The notes: generated from the letters alone by a model not told the origin. A DNA stretch of 64,000 bases from an uncultured Poribacteria bacterium (GCA_951813565.1 OX638351.1:3168001-3232000), one strand, 5' to 3'; shown: positions 31,270-40,933, counted from the first letter of the stretch. A program made the numbers and translations.

Positions 31270-31427
31270 ACGTGAGTTTGATAATTAACTGGACAGGCAA
31301 AAATTGAACAGAGAACGGGCATATTTGCTGAAAAAAATCGTTATTTTGGTGTTTTTAACCCTAAATCCCCTTATCAGAGGACTTTAAGAGGAAATGTAGA
31401 AATCCTAACTATTTATCAAACTCACGT
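31270..31427. mobile_element. MITE with IS982-like (AC...GT) ends (158 bp)
   Basis: ACGTGAGTTTGATAA ... TTATCAAACTCACGT perfect terminal repeat, with a 7-bp direct repeat TAGGATA on both sides. Confidence 0.87.
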
Positions 31428-31641
31428 TAGGATAAGATGTGTAAATATTTGGCATATAGGTTCAATTTACGAAGAACCCTTCGCGTTTTCAACTGTAAGC
31501 GCGAGTCTCTGTGCCCGCCCGTTGTTTCCGGACTTCAAACATAGCGTGGGATTGCATTCAGAAAACCTAAAACTGAATGTCTTTACTTAATTTTAAAAAT
31601 TATTGACAAAAAGTATTGAAATCTGGTATCATATTTTCTAA

Positions 31642-32070
31642 GTGTATTGCTACGATTACCCGCGCCCTTCAGTGACTATTGATATTGTGTTGTTGACGGA
31701 TGCTTTCCCGCATCCCAAAGTCTTGTTAATTCGCCGTAAGAATCCTCCGTTCAAAGACCTGTGGGCACTTCCAGGCGGGTTTTTGGAAATGGATGAAACA
31801 CTTGAGGAGAGCGCGTGCCGCGAGTTACACGAAGAAACGAACATCTCAGATGTCCAACTGACACAAGTAGGCACTTTCGGACGCCCTGACCGTGACCCAC
31901 GCGGGCGCGTTATTACTGTTGCCTACGTTGGAATCATCGGATCGGAACAACAAGAAGCTATAGCAGGTTCCGATGCTGCTGAAGTTTCGTGGTTTCCGAC
32001 ATTAGATATGCCACAACTTGCCTTTGACCATAGTGAGATAATAAAGAAGGCGTTAGAAGGATTTAAATGA
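31642..32070 (+). CDS. NUDIX hydrolase
   Basis: WALPGGF..ETLEESACRELHEET Nudix box, RDPRGRV, LAFDH. Confidence 0.92.
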   Translation: MYCYDYPRPSVTIDIVLLTDAFPHPKVLLIRRKNPPFKDLWALPGGFLEMDETLEESACRELHEETNISDVQLTQVGTFGRPDRDPRGRVITVAYVGIIGSEQQEAIAGSDAAEVSWFPTLDMPQLAFDHSEIIKKALEGFK

Positions 32071-32399
32071 AACACTACGGTTTGACCTTAAACCTGAAAG
32101 ATGATCCTACAATTATTGAACAGTATAAGGCATATCACAGAGATGCCTGGCCAGAGACATTGGCTGGCCTAAAAGCGGTCGGAATTACAAAAATGAATAT
32201 CTATCTGTTAGGTCGGCGTTTGTTTATGGCGATGGAAACCGTGGATACGTTTGATATAGAACGTGATTTTCCGCGCTACCTTGAAGAACATCCGAAGTGC
32301 AAAGAATGGGATGAATTAATGCGTACTTTTCAGGAACCTGTTGAAGAGGCACAAGCTGGTGAGTGGTGGGCAGAGATGGAACCTGTCTTTGAGTTATAA
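32067..32399 (+). CDS. L-rhamnose mutarotase family protein
   Basis: IEQYKAYH..WPE, GITKMNIY, WAEMEPVF. Confidence 0.85.
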   Translation: MKHYGLTLNLKDDPTIIEQYKAYHRDAWPETLAGLKAVGITKMNIYLLGRRLFMAMETVDTFDIERDFPRYLEEHPKCKEWDELMRTFQEPVEEAQAGEWWAEMEPVFEL

Positions 32400-32478
32400 A
32401 GAGGCAAAAGTGAGAACATGTGAGGGTATCCGCAATCTTGTTTGTGTGATTTTATAGGTTAAGAAATAGGATTGAAAA

Positions 32479-33396
32479 ATGACAATCAGTTACGACTTCA
32501 TGGCATTCAGTGGTAGGCTTTCAGAAAGTAGCTGGACTCTTGGGATGAAAGCGATTCAAGGCGAAGTGCCTCTGGATATCGTGATACCGAGTTTGCAAAC
32601 ATCATCAGATTACGACGAAAAGGATATAATTGGGGTTTTGACAAAAGAAGGTATCTCGCGGGAAAGTTCGGATGTGATGGAACTTTATCGATACCTTCGA
32701 CAGCTTAACCCAAAATCTAATCAAGCGTTCGGATACAATGAGGTTGCGATCCGTAATATTCACACCCGTCTAAATTTGCTGAAGGTTGATGAAGAACTTC
32801 GCGTTCAAATTACCTATACCGAACGTAAAGAGAACTATATTGCGGCTTCATATAACATAAAATTGTTAGGCATCTTCCAGATTACAACTGCCGATCTGCC
32901 AGTTCCTCCTGCTCCTGATATTACTGAAAACATTGATATAGATGTTTCTGAAGCGGATACACAAGATATTCCAGAACAACAGGAGAAACCCATAATTCCA
33001 AAAGATTTTCCTCAAACGGATCAAGAGATACCGGTTTATAAAACGACGAATACCTTGGAAAAATTAATCACTTTTACTCGAACGTTACAGTCTGAACTGA
33101 AAGAGATAACAGAAAATCTTGCCTTAATGACTGAAAGAGTACGTTTACTGGAAGAAGAACGTCAGCGTTACCGCGGACAAGAAGACCTATTACAGGAGAT
33201 TCTCAAACGGCTTAACCATCTGGAAAGTTTTGAAAGGCGGATTGACTTCCTTGAAGATGACCGTCATCAACTTGACGACCTAAAACAAACTTTAATTGCA
33301 TATTTCAGAACGTCAAACCGACAAACACGGGCATTGCTTAATGAAGTTAGTGATGAAACGGATGACACCAATTCGATAAGTGAGACATCTCAATAA
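32479..33396 (+). CDS. Hypothetical protein with C-terminal coiled coil
   Basis: Long ORF with heptad-rich Leu/Glu C-terminal third; no recognised motif. Confidence 0.7.
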   Translation: MTISYDFMAFSGRLSESSWTLGMKAIQGEVPLDIVIPSLQTSSDYDEKDIIGVLTKEGISRESSDVMELYRYLRQLNPKSNQAFGYNEVAIRNIHTRLNLLKVDEELRVQITYTERKENYIAASYNIKLLGIFQITTADLPVPPAPDITENIDIDVSEADTQDIPEQQEKPIIPKDFPQTDQEIPVYKTTNTLEKLITFTRTLQSELKEITENLALMTERVRLLEEERQRYRGQEDLLQEILKRLNHLESFERRIDFLEDDRHQLDDLKQTLIAYFRTSNRQTRALLNEVSDETDDTNSISETSQ

Positions 33397-33430
33397 AATA
33401 GAAGTGATATAAAGAAAGGATGACCGTTTC

Positions 33431-34231
33431 ATGATGAAAATAGGCACAATGTCTTTGAATGTCAAAGGCACCACAGCAACCGATTTTGCACAAATCGTAT
33501 ACGACCTCGGCTTTGACGTAATTGAACTCCACTCCAGTGCATTTGAATCTACCGATGCAACCTATCTACGGGAACTAAAGATGAACCTGATGCGGAAAGG
33601 TTTACCATTAGGTTACATCGGCATCAGCAATAACTTTGGTAAACCTGTTGCCGAACACCCCGAACAGATTGCGCATATTAAGAAGTGGATTGATATTGCC
33701 TCATTTATGAGTTGTCCTATAGTCCGGGTATTTGCAGCTTATGTGCCTGCAGATTGTGATGATGAGGAAACATTGTGGCCTCCAATGATTGAAGGCTTCA
33801 AAGAAGTTGCAGAATACGGCTATGAATCAGGAATTCTTGTTGGTCTGCAAAATCATAACCACAACAATGTTACTCGCGATGGGGATGCTGTTTTACGTGC
33901 GTTAAATGAAACTGACCATCCCTATTTCACGCATATCTTAGATACGGGACAGTACGCAGGTTCTCCTGGTGCCAGTGGACATCGTGGTTCGCCACATCCG
34001 GACTATGACTGCTACACGAGTATTGAACAAACAGCACCCCACGCTGTTTACGTCCGTACCAAGTTTTATGAGATTGATAGCGGTGTAGAGGAGTGGTTGG
34101 ACTATACGCGGGTTTTGGACATTTTGCGAGGTGTTGGATATAACGGATGCCTTTCAGTTGTCTATGAAGGTCAATCGGATCCGATTGAATCAATGCGTAA
34201 AGCAAGAAGTTATCTGGAATCCTTATTGTAG
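33431..34231 (+). CDS. Sugar phosphate isomerase/epimerase family protein
   Basis: GFDVIEL, VRVFA, LQNHNH, LDTGQ, GYNGCLSVVYEG. Confidence 0.85.
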   Translation: MMKIGTMSLNVKGTTATDFAQIVYDLGFDVIELHSSAFESTDATYLRELKMNLMRKGLPLGYIGISNNFGKPVAEHPEQIAHIKKWIDIASFMSCPIVRVFAAYVPADCDDEETLWPPMIEGFKEVAEYGYESGILVGLQNHNHNNVTRDGDAVLRALNETDHPYFTHILDTGQYAGSPGASGHRGSPHPDYDCYTSIEQTAPHAVYVRTKFYEIDSGVEEWLDYTRVLDILRGVGYNGCLSVVYEGQSDPIESMRKARSYLESLL

Positions 34232-34239
34232 AGGGTAAG

Positions 34240-35343
34240 ATGAAAACACGTGCCGCTGTTATGTATGAACATAATCAACCTGTGGTTGTTGAGGAACTGG
34301 AGTTAGAAGAACCGAAAGCAAACGAAGTTCTTGTCCGCACTGCTGCAAGTGGTGTCTGCCATTCCGATCTATCAGTCGTCACGGGTGCTATCTACTACGA
34401 TGCGGCTGTTGTGCTTGGACATGAAGGTGCGGGTGTAATTGAACATATTGGAACCGATGTGACAGATTTTCAGGTGGGAGATCATGTAATTCTCTCTTTC
34501 GTTAGTTATTGCGGTGATTGCCACATGTGTCAGATGGAAAAAGTCTGTTTGTGCGAAAGTTACAATGTACCGCGCGGGTTTCAATTAGATGGTACCTACC
34601 GTCTGTATAACAAATCAGGTGAAGGTATCTTACAGATGGCGCGGATTGCGACTATGTCGGAATATATGGTCGTACCGCAACAAAACCTTATAAAAATAGA
34701 CGATCACTATTCGTTAGAGAAGGCTGCGCTTGTGGGATGCGGTGTAACAACAGGTGTTGGTGCCGTCCTCAATACAGCAAAAGTAGAACCCGGTAGTTCC
34801 GTAGCAGTTATCGGCACAGGTGGAGTAGGTTTAAACGCTATTCAAGGTGCTGTGCTTGCGCAAGCGGAAAAGATTATCGCTGTTGATATTGCTGAGAAGA
34901 AACTCAACTTTGCCAAAAGTTTTGGAGCAACAGATGTTGTCAATGCTGCCGAAGTGGATCCGGTTGAGACTGTTCGTGAGTTGACAGATGGCCGCGGTGT
35001 AGATTATGCATTTGAGGTAATCGGGAATCCAGACACTATTGTGCAAGCATATCTTATGGTGCGAGCGGCTGGCACTGCTGTTATTGTCGGAATGGCACAC
35101 CATCAAAAGGAATTCAGCATTCCAGCACAACACTTTGTCGCAACTGAAAGACAGATTATCGGTTCATTTTACGGTTCATGTCAACCGCGAGTGGATATGC
35201 CAGAACTTCTCAATCTCTATACGGAAGGGAAGTTAAAGTTAGATGAGCTAATTACAAAGCACTATTCGCTTGATCAGATTAATGAGGCGTTTGCGGATAT
35301 GGAAGCTGGCGAAAATGCACGCGGAGTTATCCGCTTTAATTGA
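34240..35343 (+). CDS. Zn-dependent alcohol dehydrogenase (class III-like)
   Basis: GVCHSD, GHEGAG, CGDCHMC, GCGVTTGVGA, GTGGVG. Confidence 0.92.
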   Translation: MKTRAAVMYEHNQPVVVEELELEEPKANEVLVRTAASGVCHSDLSVVTGAIYYDAAVVLGHEGAGVIEHIGTDVTDFQVGDHVILSFVSYCGDCHMCQMEKVCLCESYNVPRGFQLDGTYRLYNKSGEGILQMARIATMSEYMVVPQQNLIKIDDHYSLEKAALVGCGVTTGVGAVLNTAKVEPGSSVAVIGTGGVGLNAIQGAVLAQAEKIIAVDIAEKKLNFAKSFGATDVVNAAEVDPVETVRELTDGRGVDYAFEVIGNPDTIVQAYLMVRAAGTAVIVGMAHHQKEFSIPAQHFVATERQIIGSFYGSCQPRVDMPELLNLYTEGKLKLDELITKHYSLDQINEAFADMEAGENARGVIRFN

Positions 35344-35399
35344 CCCTTTTCACCATAAGATAACATTTCCTACCGTAGGTTAGGTAGAACAAAGTGAAA

Positions 35400-35873
35400 C
35401 CCATAAATCAACGCTATGAGTGCCCTTATGGCATTAAACCAAATCAACGCAGCATGCGCCAAATCAAGAAATCAACGGTATGAATCATGGCGAATGCTAA
35501 AAGCGCATTCGTCTTTAGTCATTCACCGGGTCCGAATGCCCTTTGGCATTCCCCGTATGGCATGCTGCGGGTGTTAATTTAAGGAAACATGACCACCTAT
35601 TCCGACACGGTAGGAGCGGTTTCTAACCGCTCCGTATTATCCGAAAGGCTCTTGTGGGAGGCGTTTTCAACGCCGATATATCGCGCGGACAAAGCGCTCC
35701 CACAAAGATGTCCTGCCGATTAGTGGCTACCAACTCATGTAAGTCCGATTGCGGTGAATCAACGCCAAATACGACAAGTGCCATACGCGTGCTTGGCGTT
35801 GATTTGGCTTTTGGTATTTGTCGGGAAAACGCATCTACCGAGGGTGAAAATCCACTAAATTGACAGTTATGGG
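35400..35873. mobile_element. Composite CCCATA...TATGGG element containing REPs and nested hairpin units
   Basis: Ends match those of 37038-37343 in the opposite orientation. Flanked by a 17-20 bp direct repeat GGTAGAAYAAAGTGAAA(CCC). Confidence 0.7.
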
Positions 35874-35976
35874 GGTAGAATAAAGTGAAACCCAACAAAC
35901 TATCTTCTGTTTGTAACCGCGCAATTCACAGCACCTCTTCCAGTTTAATCGACAACTGATAGCTAAAAACTGAAAT

Positions 35977-36753
35977 ATGAAAACCATCCATACCTCCGTC
36001 CGTGAACAGTTTAGCCAACATGCCGACTATTATGCCCAAAGCAGCGCGCATGCCAAAGGCGATACCCTTGAGGTTATCCTTGACTTTGCAAATCCGAAAG
36101 GGACGGAGAAAACTTTGGATATTGCGACAGGCACAGGTTTTACAGCGTTTGCGCTTGCACCCAAGGTAGCACAAGTGGTCGCTACGGATCTCACGCCTGA
36201 GATGGTCACTAAGGCATCCGAGTTAGCACAGGAACAAGCGATAGAAAATGTTACGTTTTCCGTTGCCGCAGCAGAATCTTTACCGTTTGCTACTGCTTCA
36301 TTAGATTTAGTGACCTGTCGACTTGCTCCTCACCACTTTCAAGATGTTCCCAAATTCTTGAGTGAGGTCCATCGTGTTTTACGAACAGAGGGACTTTTTT
36401 GCCTTGTAGATTCCGTTTCCCCTGAATCAAAAAAATTAATAGCATGGCAGAACCGCGTGGAAAAATTACGCGACGATTCTCATGTGTATGGGTACCCACC
36501 GTCTCAGTGGGATGCGATGATTTCAGATGCCGGTTTTGATATTGAGAGGACAGCACACACGCGAAATGCGCTGATGTCGTTTTTGTGGTGGGTGCGTCCA
36601 CAGAAAAATCCGCCGGAAGTGGTGAAGGAAATCCGTGACGCGTTCGCGCAACTCTCGCCTGATGACGCGAAAAAGTATTATACAGTTAAACCCGCAGATG
36701 ACGATTTCTATTTTTCGTGGCCGATGTATGCTGTTAAAGCAAGAAAAGGATAG
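35977..36753 (+). CDS. Class I SAM-dependent methyltransferase
   Basis: LDIATGTG, AESLPF, APHHF, HRVL. Confidence 0.9.
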   Translation: MKTIHTSVREQFSQHADYYAQSSAHAKGDTLEVILDFANPKGTEKTLDIATGTGFTAFALAPKVAQVVATDLTPEMVTKASELAQEQAIENVTFSVAAAESLPFATASLDLVTCRLAPHHFQDVPKFLSEVHRVLRTEGLFCLVDSVSPESKKLIAWQNRVEKLRDDSHVYGYPPSQWDAMISDAGFDIERTAHTRNALMSFLWWVRPQKNPPEVVKEIRDAFAQLSPDDAKKYYTVKPADDDFYFSWPMYAVKARKG

Positions 36754-37037
36754 AACATCGGTATGTAAAATTCTTGTCATTGACCTTTGCTTTTCTTGTA
36801 GGAGGAGTTTTTAACCCCAATTTCTCAATTGCAACAAGCGTATCGGGCATTGACTTGGATTTCTTCTGTAGGAGCGACCTCCTGGTCCCGACCCGACGAA
36901 TGTCATACGCTCATTTGACGTTGATTCGTAGTGTATCAATAGACATTATAATGATTTAATCGGAAGTGTCTGATAATGCCAAGACCGAAAGATAGGCAAA
37001 AAGTGGATGGCGTGTCCGTCGGGTAGAGCTTGCGACA

Positions 37038-37343
37038 CCCATAACTGTCAATTTAGTGGTCCGCCACCCTGGTAGGCGCGTTTTGATGAAGATTAATTTT
37101 TTAATTCGGTATTTTTCCGTCAGCACAAGGCAAGTGTCCACTTCTGCTGGCGAGGTTTCCTAACCTCGCCAAATTACCGATTTATTTCTTAAACTTCATG
37201 TAAACGCGCTGATAATTCAGAATTTTGCTGAAAATTACACCATTTTTGCCGTAATTACCGCAAAAGTCGAGAAAATTGCGTAAGTCCTGCTTAAGTTTAC
37301 ATCCGCTGAATGCCAACAGACATTCATAGCGTTGATTTATGGG
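37038..37343. mobile_element. Second CCCATA...TATGGG composite element
   Basis: CCCATAACTGTCAATTTAGTGG is the reverse complement of 35852-35873. The other end is homologous to 35400-35583. Confidence 0.7.
37086..37199. mobile_element. ATGAAG...CTTCAT MITE in a REP hairpin loop (114 bp)
   Basis: Near-identical to 29429-29543. Interrupts GCGCGTTT-TGT-AAACGCGC. Confidence 0.85.
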
Positions 37344-37734
37344 TTTCGCTCCGCTCTACCCAACGGACGATACTATTATAAAGAATTAACGCATGTGATA
37401 AAATGCGTCAGAAATATAGAAAACTAAATAACCCTGTCTAACCCCTATGACCATTGACTTCGTGAAAACAAACGCACACACATTTTACATCAGTAGATCT
37501 TTTCTTATTCTTCTAAACCTGATAATATCAATACCAAATACCTATAAAAAAACCATTTAATGAACGATTTTATTCTATTTTGTATTGAAAATAAGGTGTC
37601 TTTTTCACGTAATGGGGATCTATCAATAAGCATTTTTTAGCATTTTCATAACCGCGTATTGAGAGAACTTTGATAGGTAGTGGCTTCTGAGTGCTTTTGA
37701 GAAATCCCAGAATAGAAACTAACCAAACTTACAA

Positions 37735-37848
37735 CTAATTAGTTATAATATCTATTACTGTGATGTTCAGGGTAGCAGCTTCTGCTATATTCAAAACAAC
37801 AAATAAGGAAACCAAAAAAAATATACTAATTAGGCTCAATCGTTTCAT
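37735..37848 (-). pseudogene. Truncated secreted-protein gene (signal peptide only)
   Basis: AAGGAG RBS and MKRLSLISIFFLVSLFVVLNIAEA signal peptide, then stops after 37 codons in AT-rich DNA. Confidence 0.45.
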
Positions 37849-38078
37849 TATTCTAACTCCTTTATTTGGAATACTGTTTAGTTGCCATGGCAATAAGCGG
37901 TATTCCGAAATCGACGTACTTGACCTGGGGTAGTTTATCACTCTTTTGTGTTGGAACTGAGTTTACCACAGAAATTCCATGGGGTCGCAGCACGCTTGAA
38001 ACTTATAACTTAAGCGTAAGTATCACAACTTGAAGAAAAAAAGTCAATTTTATTCTGATTTTACCTCAAGAATTTGTC

Positions 38079-38107
38079 TTGATTTATATTGCGTATATTG
38101 GTATAAT
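38079..38107 (+). promoter_or_regulatory. sigma-70-type promoter for the nadD cluster
   Basis: TTGATT-17 nt-TATAAT. Confidence 0.55.
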
Positions 38108-38236
38108 TAAGGATCAGAAAAATAGTTTCATATCGAATCCGTGTGTTCATGTTTACCCATTTCGGGACACACTTCAGTTAACAATTGTGGCCTATGATAT
38201 GCATATCTTCTCGGTCAGCAAACAAACAAGAAGCAG

Positions 38237-38818
38237 ATGAAAATCGCAATTATGGGGGGGACTTTTAACCCAATCCATTACGCGCATCTGCTGAGTGCCG
38301 AGCAAGTGCGTGAAGGTTTAGGTTACGATAAAATTCTGTTTGTCCCCGCTGCGCGACCACCTCATAAATCACAACCGGATATGGTTTCTGCTGAGCACAG
38401 ATATCAGATGGTGTTGTTAGCAACAGCAGACAACCCGTATTTTGAGGTATCTCGAATTGAATTGGATCGCGATGGTCCATCATACACAATTCAGACAATA
38501 AAAGAATTACGACTCCGCTACGGTAAAACAACAAAACTTGCATGGATTATCGGTGCGGATTCGTTAATTGAGTATAAAATTTGGAAAGATTTCGACGAAG
38601 TGTTAAAGCAGTGTACTATGATTGTTACAACACGTCCCAATTACGATTTACAGCGTGTTCCCGCCGAAATCCGCAATCGTGTTATAACGTTTCAGATAAC
38701 CGGTTTCGATATGTCGGCAACCGAGATTCGGGAACGTATTCGGGAAAACAACTCTATCCGATACCTTGTTCCTAAAAAAGTTGTTATTTATATTGAACAG
38801 CATCAGTTATACCGATAA
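38237..38818 (+). CDS. nadD: Nicotinate-nucleotide adenylyltransferase
   Basis: GGTFNPIHYAH, PPHK, SYT, IIGADS, SATEIR. Confidence 0.95.
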   Translation: MKIAIMGGTFNPIHYAHLLSAEQVREGLGYDKILFVPAARPPHKSQPDMVSAEHRYQMVLLATADNPYFEVSRIELDRDGPSYTIQTIKELRLRYGKTTKLAWIIGADSLIEYKIWKDFDEVLKQCTMIVTTRPNYDLQRVPAEIRNRVITFQITGFDMSATEIRERIRENNSIRYLVPKKVVIYIEQHQLYR

Positions 38819-38902
38819 AAGGATATTCGTAAAGTGTGGTCTGTTAGAGCAAGTGGGCGAATTCTGTCCATACAGATCGTATTAGTTTGAAAAGGAGTTA
38901 AT

Positions 38903-39148
38903 ATGAAGCTGAAATGTAGTCTCTGCGGCACTGCTTACGAATTTATTTATGTAAAAGGTAAGCCTTTACCTCCAAATTTTCCGTTTTGTAGTAACCGATG
39001 TAAGTCGATAGATTTAGGCAAATGGCTTAACGAGGAATATCGTATTAGCATGCCGCTGCCAGAAACAGATATATTAACAGAAATCTTTACCGAATTTCAG
39101 GAAGAGACACTTGCAAGGATACTTGGAGACGATATAGAATCTGAATAG
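38903..39148 (+). CDS. yacG: DNA gyrase inhibitor YacG-like zinc finger
   Basis: CSLC...PFCSNRCKSIDLGKWLNEEYRI. Confidence 0.88.
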   Translation: MKLKCSLCGTAYEFIYVKGKPLPPNFPFCSNRCKSIDLGKWLNEEYRISMPLPETDILTEIFTEFQEETLARILGDDIESE

Positions 39149-39152
39149 GCTT

Positions 39153-39869
39153 ATGTCTCCTGATTTCACACATTCAAGAGTTGATTTGCTCTATAGATCG
39201 CAGCGCAAAAAGAAGATAGACATGACGTTGAGTAAACCTTTTTCAGTAAACAGAAAATTAAAATCAGCGTTTCCTACATTAACGGAACTCAGGAAGCACT
39301 CAAAATCGATAGAAATTCAGCGTTACCTTTCGGAAAAACTGGCATCGGAACGTTTTGATCACGTCCTTTCTGTGCAGGAGACATCAGTAGCATTAGCACG
39401 ATGTCATAATGCGGATGTCTGGAAAACCAATTTAGCGGCTCTTTTACATGATGTAGTAAAATGGATGAGTGACGATCAATTGTACACTGCCGCAGCACGT
39501 TATGAAATAGAACTCGACCCGATTGAGAAGATAATGCCTGCCTTATTACATGCGATTGTCGGTGTAAAGTACGCAATCGAATTATTCGATGTGACCGATT
39601 TAGATGTGCTTGAAGCGATTCGGAATCACACGACAGGCAACGCATCAATGGGAATAACGGCAAAATTAATATATGTAGCAGATTTTGCGGAGCCGACACG
39701 AGAATACAAAGAAGCTGCGCAGGTAAGAAAATTAGCAGAAACACAGTTAGAACAGGCAGTCCATAACGTAGCGCGTTACAAGATAGATTTTCTGCTTCAA
39801 AAAGGATGGATAATTCATCCGAATACCATCCATACCTACAACAGTACGTTGGCAAATATTACGTTTTGA
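39153..39869 (+). CDS. yqeK: HD-domain Ap4A hydrolase YqeK (start uncertain)
   Basis: RFDHVLSV, ALLHDVVK, LLHA, AIRNHTTG, YVADFAEP; nadD/rsfS context. Confidence 0.9.
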   Translation: MSPDFTHSRVDLLYRSQRKKKIDMTLSKPFSVNRKLKSAFPTLTELRKHSKSIEIQRYLSEKLASERFDHVLSVQETSVALARCHNADVWKTNLAALLHDVVKWMSDDQLYTAAARYEIELDPIEKIMPALLHAIVGVKYAIELFDVTDLDVLEAIRNHTTGNASMGITAKLIYVADFAEPTREYKEAAQVRKLAETQLEQAVHNVARYKIDFLLQKGWIIHPNTIHTYNSTLANITF

Positions 39870-39915
39870 GTTTCAAGTTGACTTTAGCATGGTCTAAGTG
39901 TTTAACTCAAACTTA

Positions 39916-40356
39916 TAGTAAAACCTATAATTAATGGGACACTTCTGTAGCGCAAACTTTATGAAGTTTAAGAAAATAAATTCGGTATTTTCCTTAGTCC
40001 CGTAGGGACGATATGTTTGTTGCCATGTGCTGCAAGGACATATCGTCCCTACGGGACTAAGAGAAGAGATAACACCTCCTGCTATAAACATATCGTCCCT
40101 ACCAAATCAACGCCAAATGCGCCAAATCAACGGTATGAATGCCTTTTGGCATTCCCCGTATGGCATTTGTCGGGACTGAAGAGCGTTTGACATATCCAGA
40201 ATATACCTAACAAGAAATTACCGAATTAAAAAATTAATCTTCATTTAGTTTGCGTCTCATAAGGCACAAACTAAAAGTTTGTGCTACAACTTCTATTGTC
40301 CATTATCTTTCCAAGACAAGTTTATCAAAGTGTCCCAATAATTTCAAAGTTCACTA
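39916..40356. mobile_element. IS630-like MITE copy containing nested insertions
   Basis: Identical to 22449-22604 apart from a 284-bp insert (39961-40244) plus 1 bp. Confidence 0.9.
39961..40244. mobile_element. ATGAAG...CTTCAT MITE with different cargo (284 bp)
   Basis: Same ends as the 29429 and 37086 copies. The interior carries GTAGGGACGATATG REPs and nested hairpin units. Confidence 0.88.
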
Positions 40357-40433
40357 TAAATAATACGCAATAGCCTATAACTGTATCTCACGAAGCGTTT
40401 ATGCACGACCTCATTTATTAGGAGACCTAACCG

Positions 40434-40877
40434 ATGGAAACAAATAATACATTAGAAATTGTAAAAGCAGCTGCATCGGCGGCTGTGAGTCGACGCGCAC
40501 AGAATCCTGTGATTCTTGATCTTCGCGAATTAGATTGTTTTACCGACTATTTCGCGATTTTCAGCGGTATCTCCGATGTACAAGTTGAAGGTATTTCAGA
40601 AGCAATCTTAGAAGAACTTGAAGTAAACTGGGATCAGCAACCGTGGCATCGGGAAGGGGCTCAAAAAGCGGATTGGATACTGTTAGACTATGTTGATTTC
40701 GTCGTACACATCTTTTTGGACGAAAGACGTTCCTACTACAGTCTTGAGCGTCTATGGGCAGAAGCTCCGCATGTGAAACTACCGGAAATGGACAGGATTC
40801 CCTTATTAGATGAACCAGAGGAATATGATGAAGATGAAATGGTGTTGGGTCTTGTTTCAGCAGATGAAGAGAACTAA
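40434..40877 (+). CDS. rsfS: Ribosome silencing factor RsfS
   Basis: ILDLR, TDYF, WILLDYVDFVVHIF, YYSLERLW. Confidence 0.95.
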   Translation: METNNTLEIVKAAASAAVSRRAQNPVILDLRELDCFTDYFAIFSGISDVQVEGISEAILEELEVNWDQQPWHREGAQKADWILLDYVDFVVHIFLDERRSYYSLERLWAEAPHVKLPEMDRIPLLDEPEEYDEDEMVLGLVSADEEN

Positions 40878-40933
40878 TTCTAAGGCAGGCAGTTGTTGGG
40901 CAACGTTTTTATCAGTATAAATATATTAATGTA

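Noticed and set aside
35400..35873. AATCAAC hairpins as integron attC sites
   Set aside because: No matching GTTRRRY core on the far side, no cassette ORFs and no integrase.
35623..37141. Short ORFs at 35623, 35654, 36774 and 36956
   Set aside because: They lie within REP/MITE repeats and have no protein motifs.
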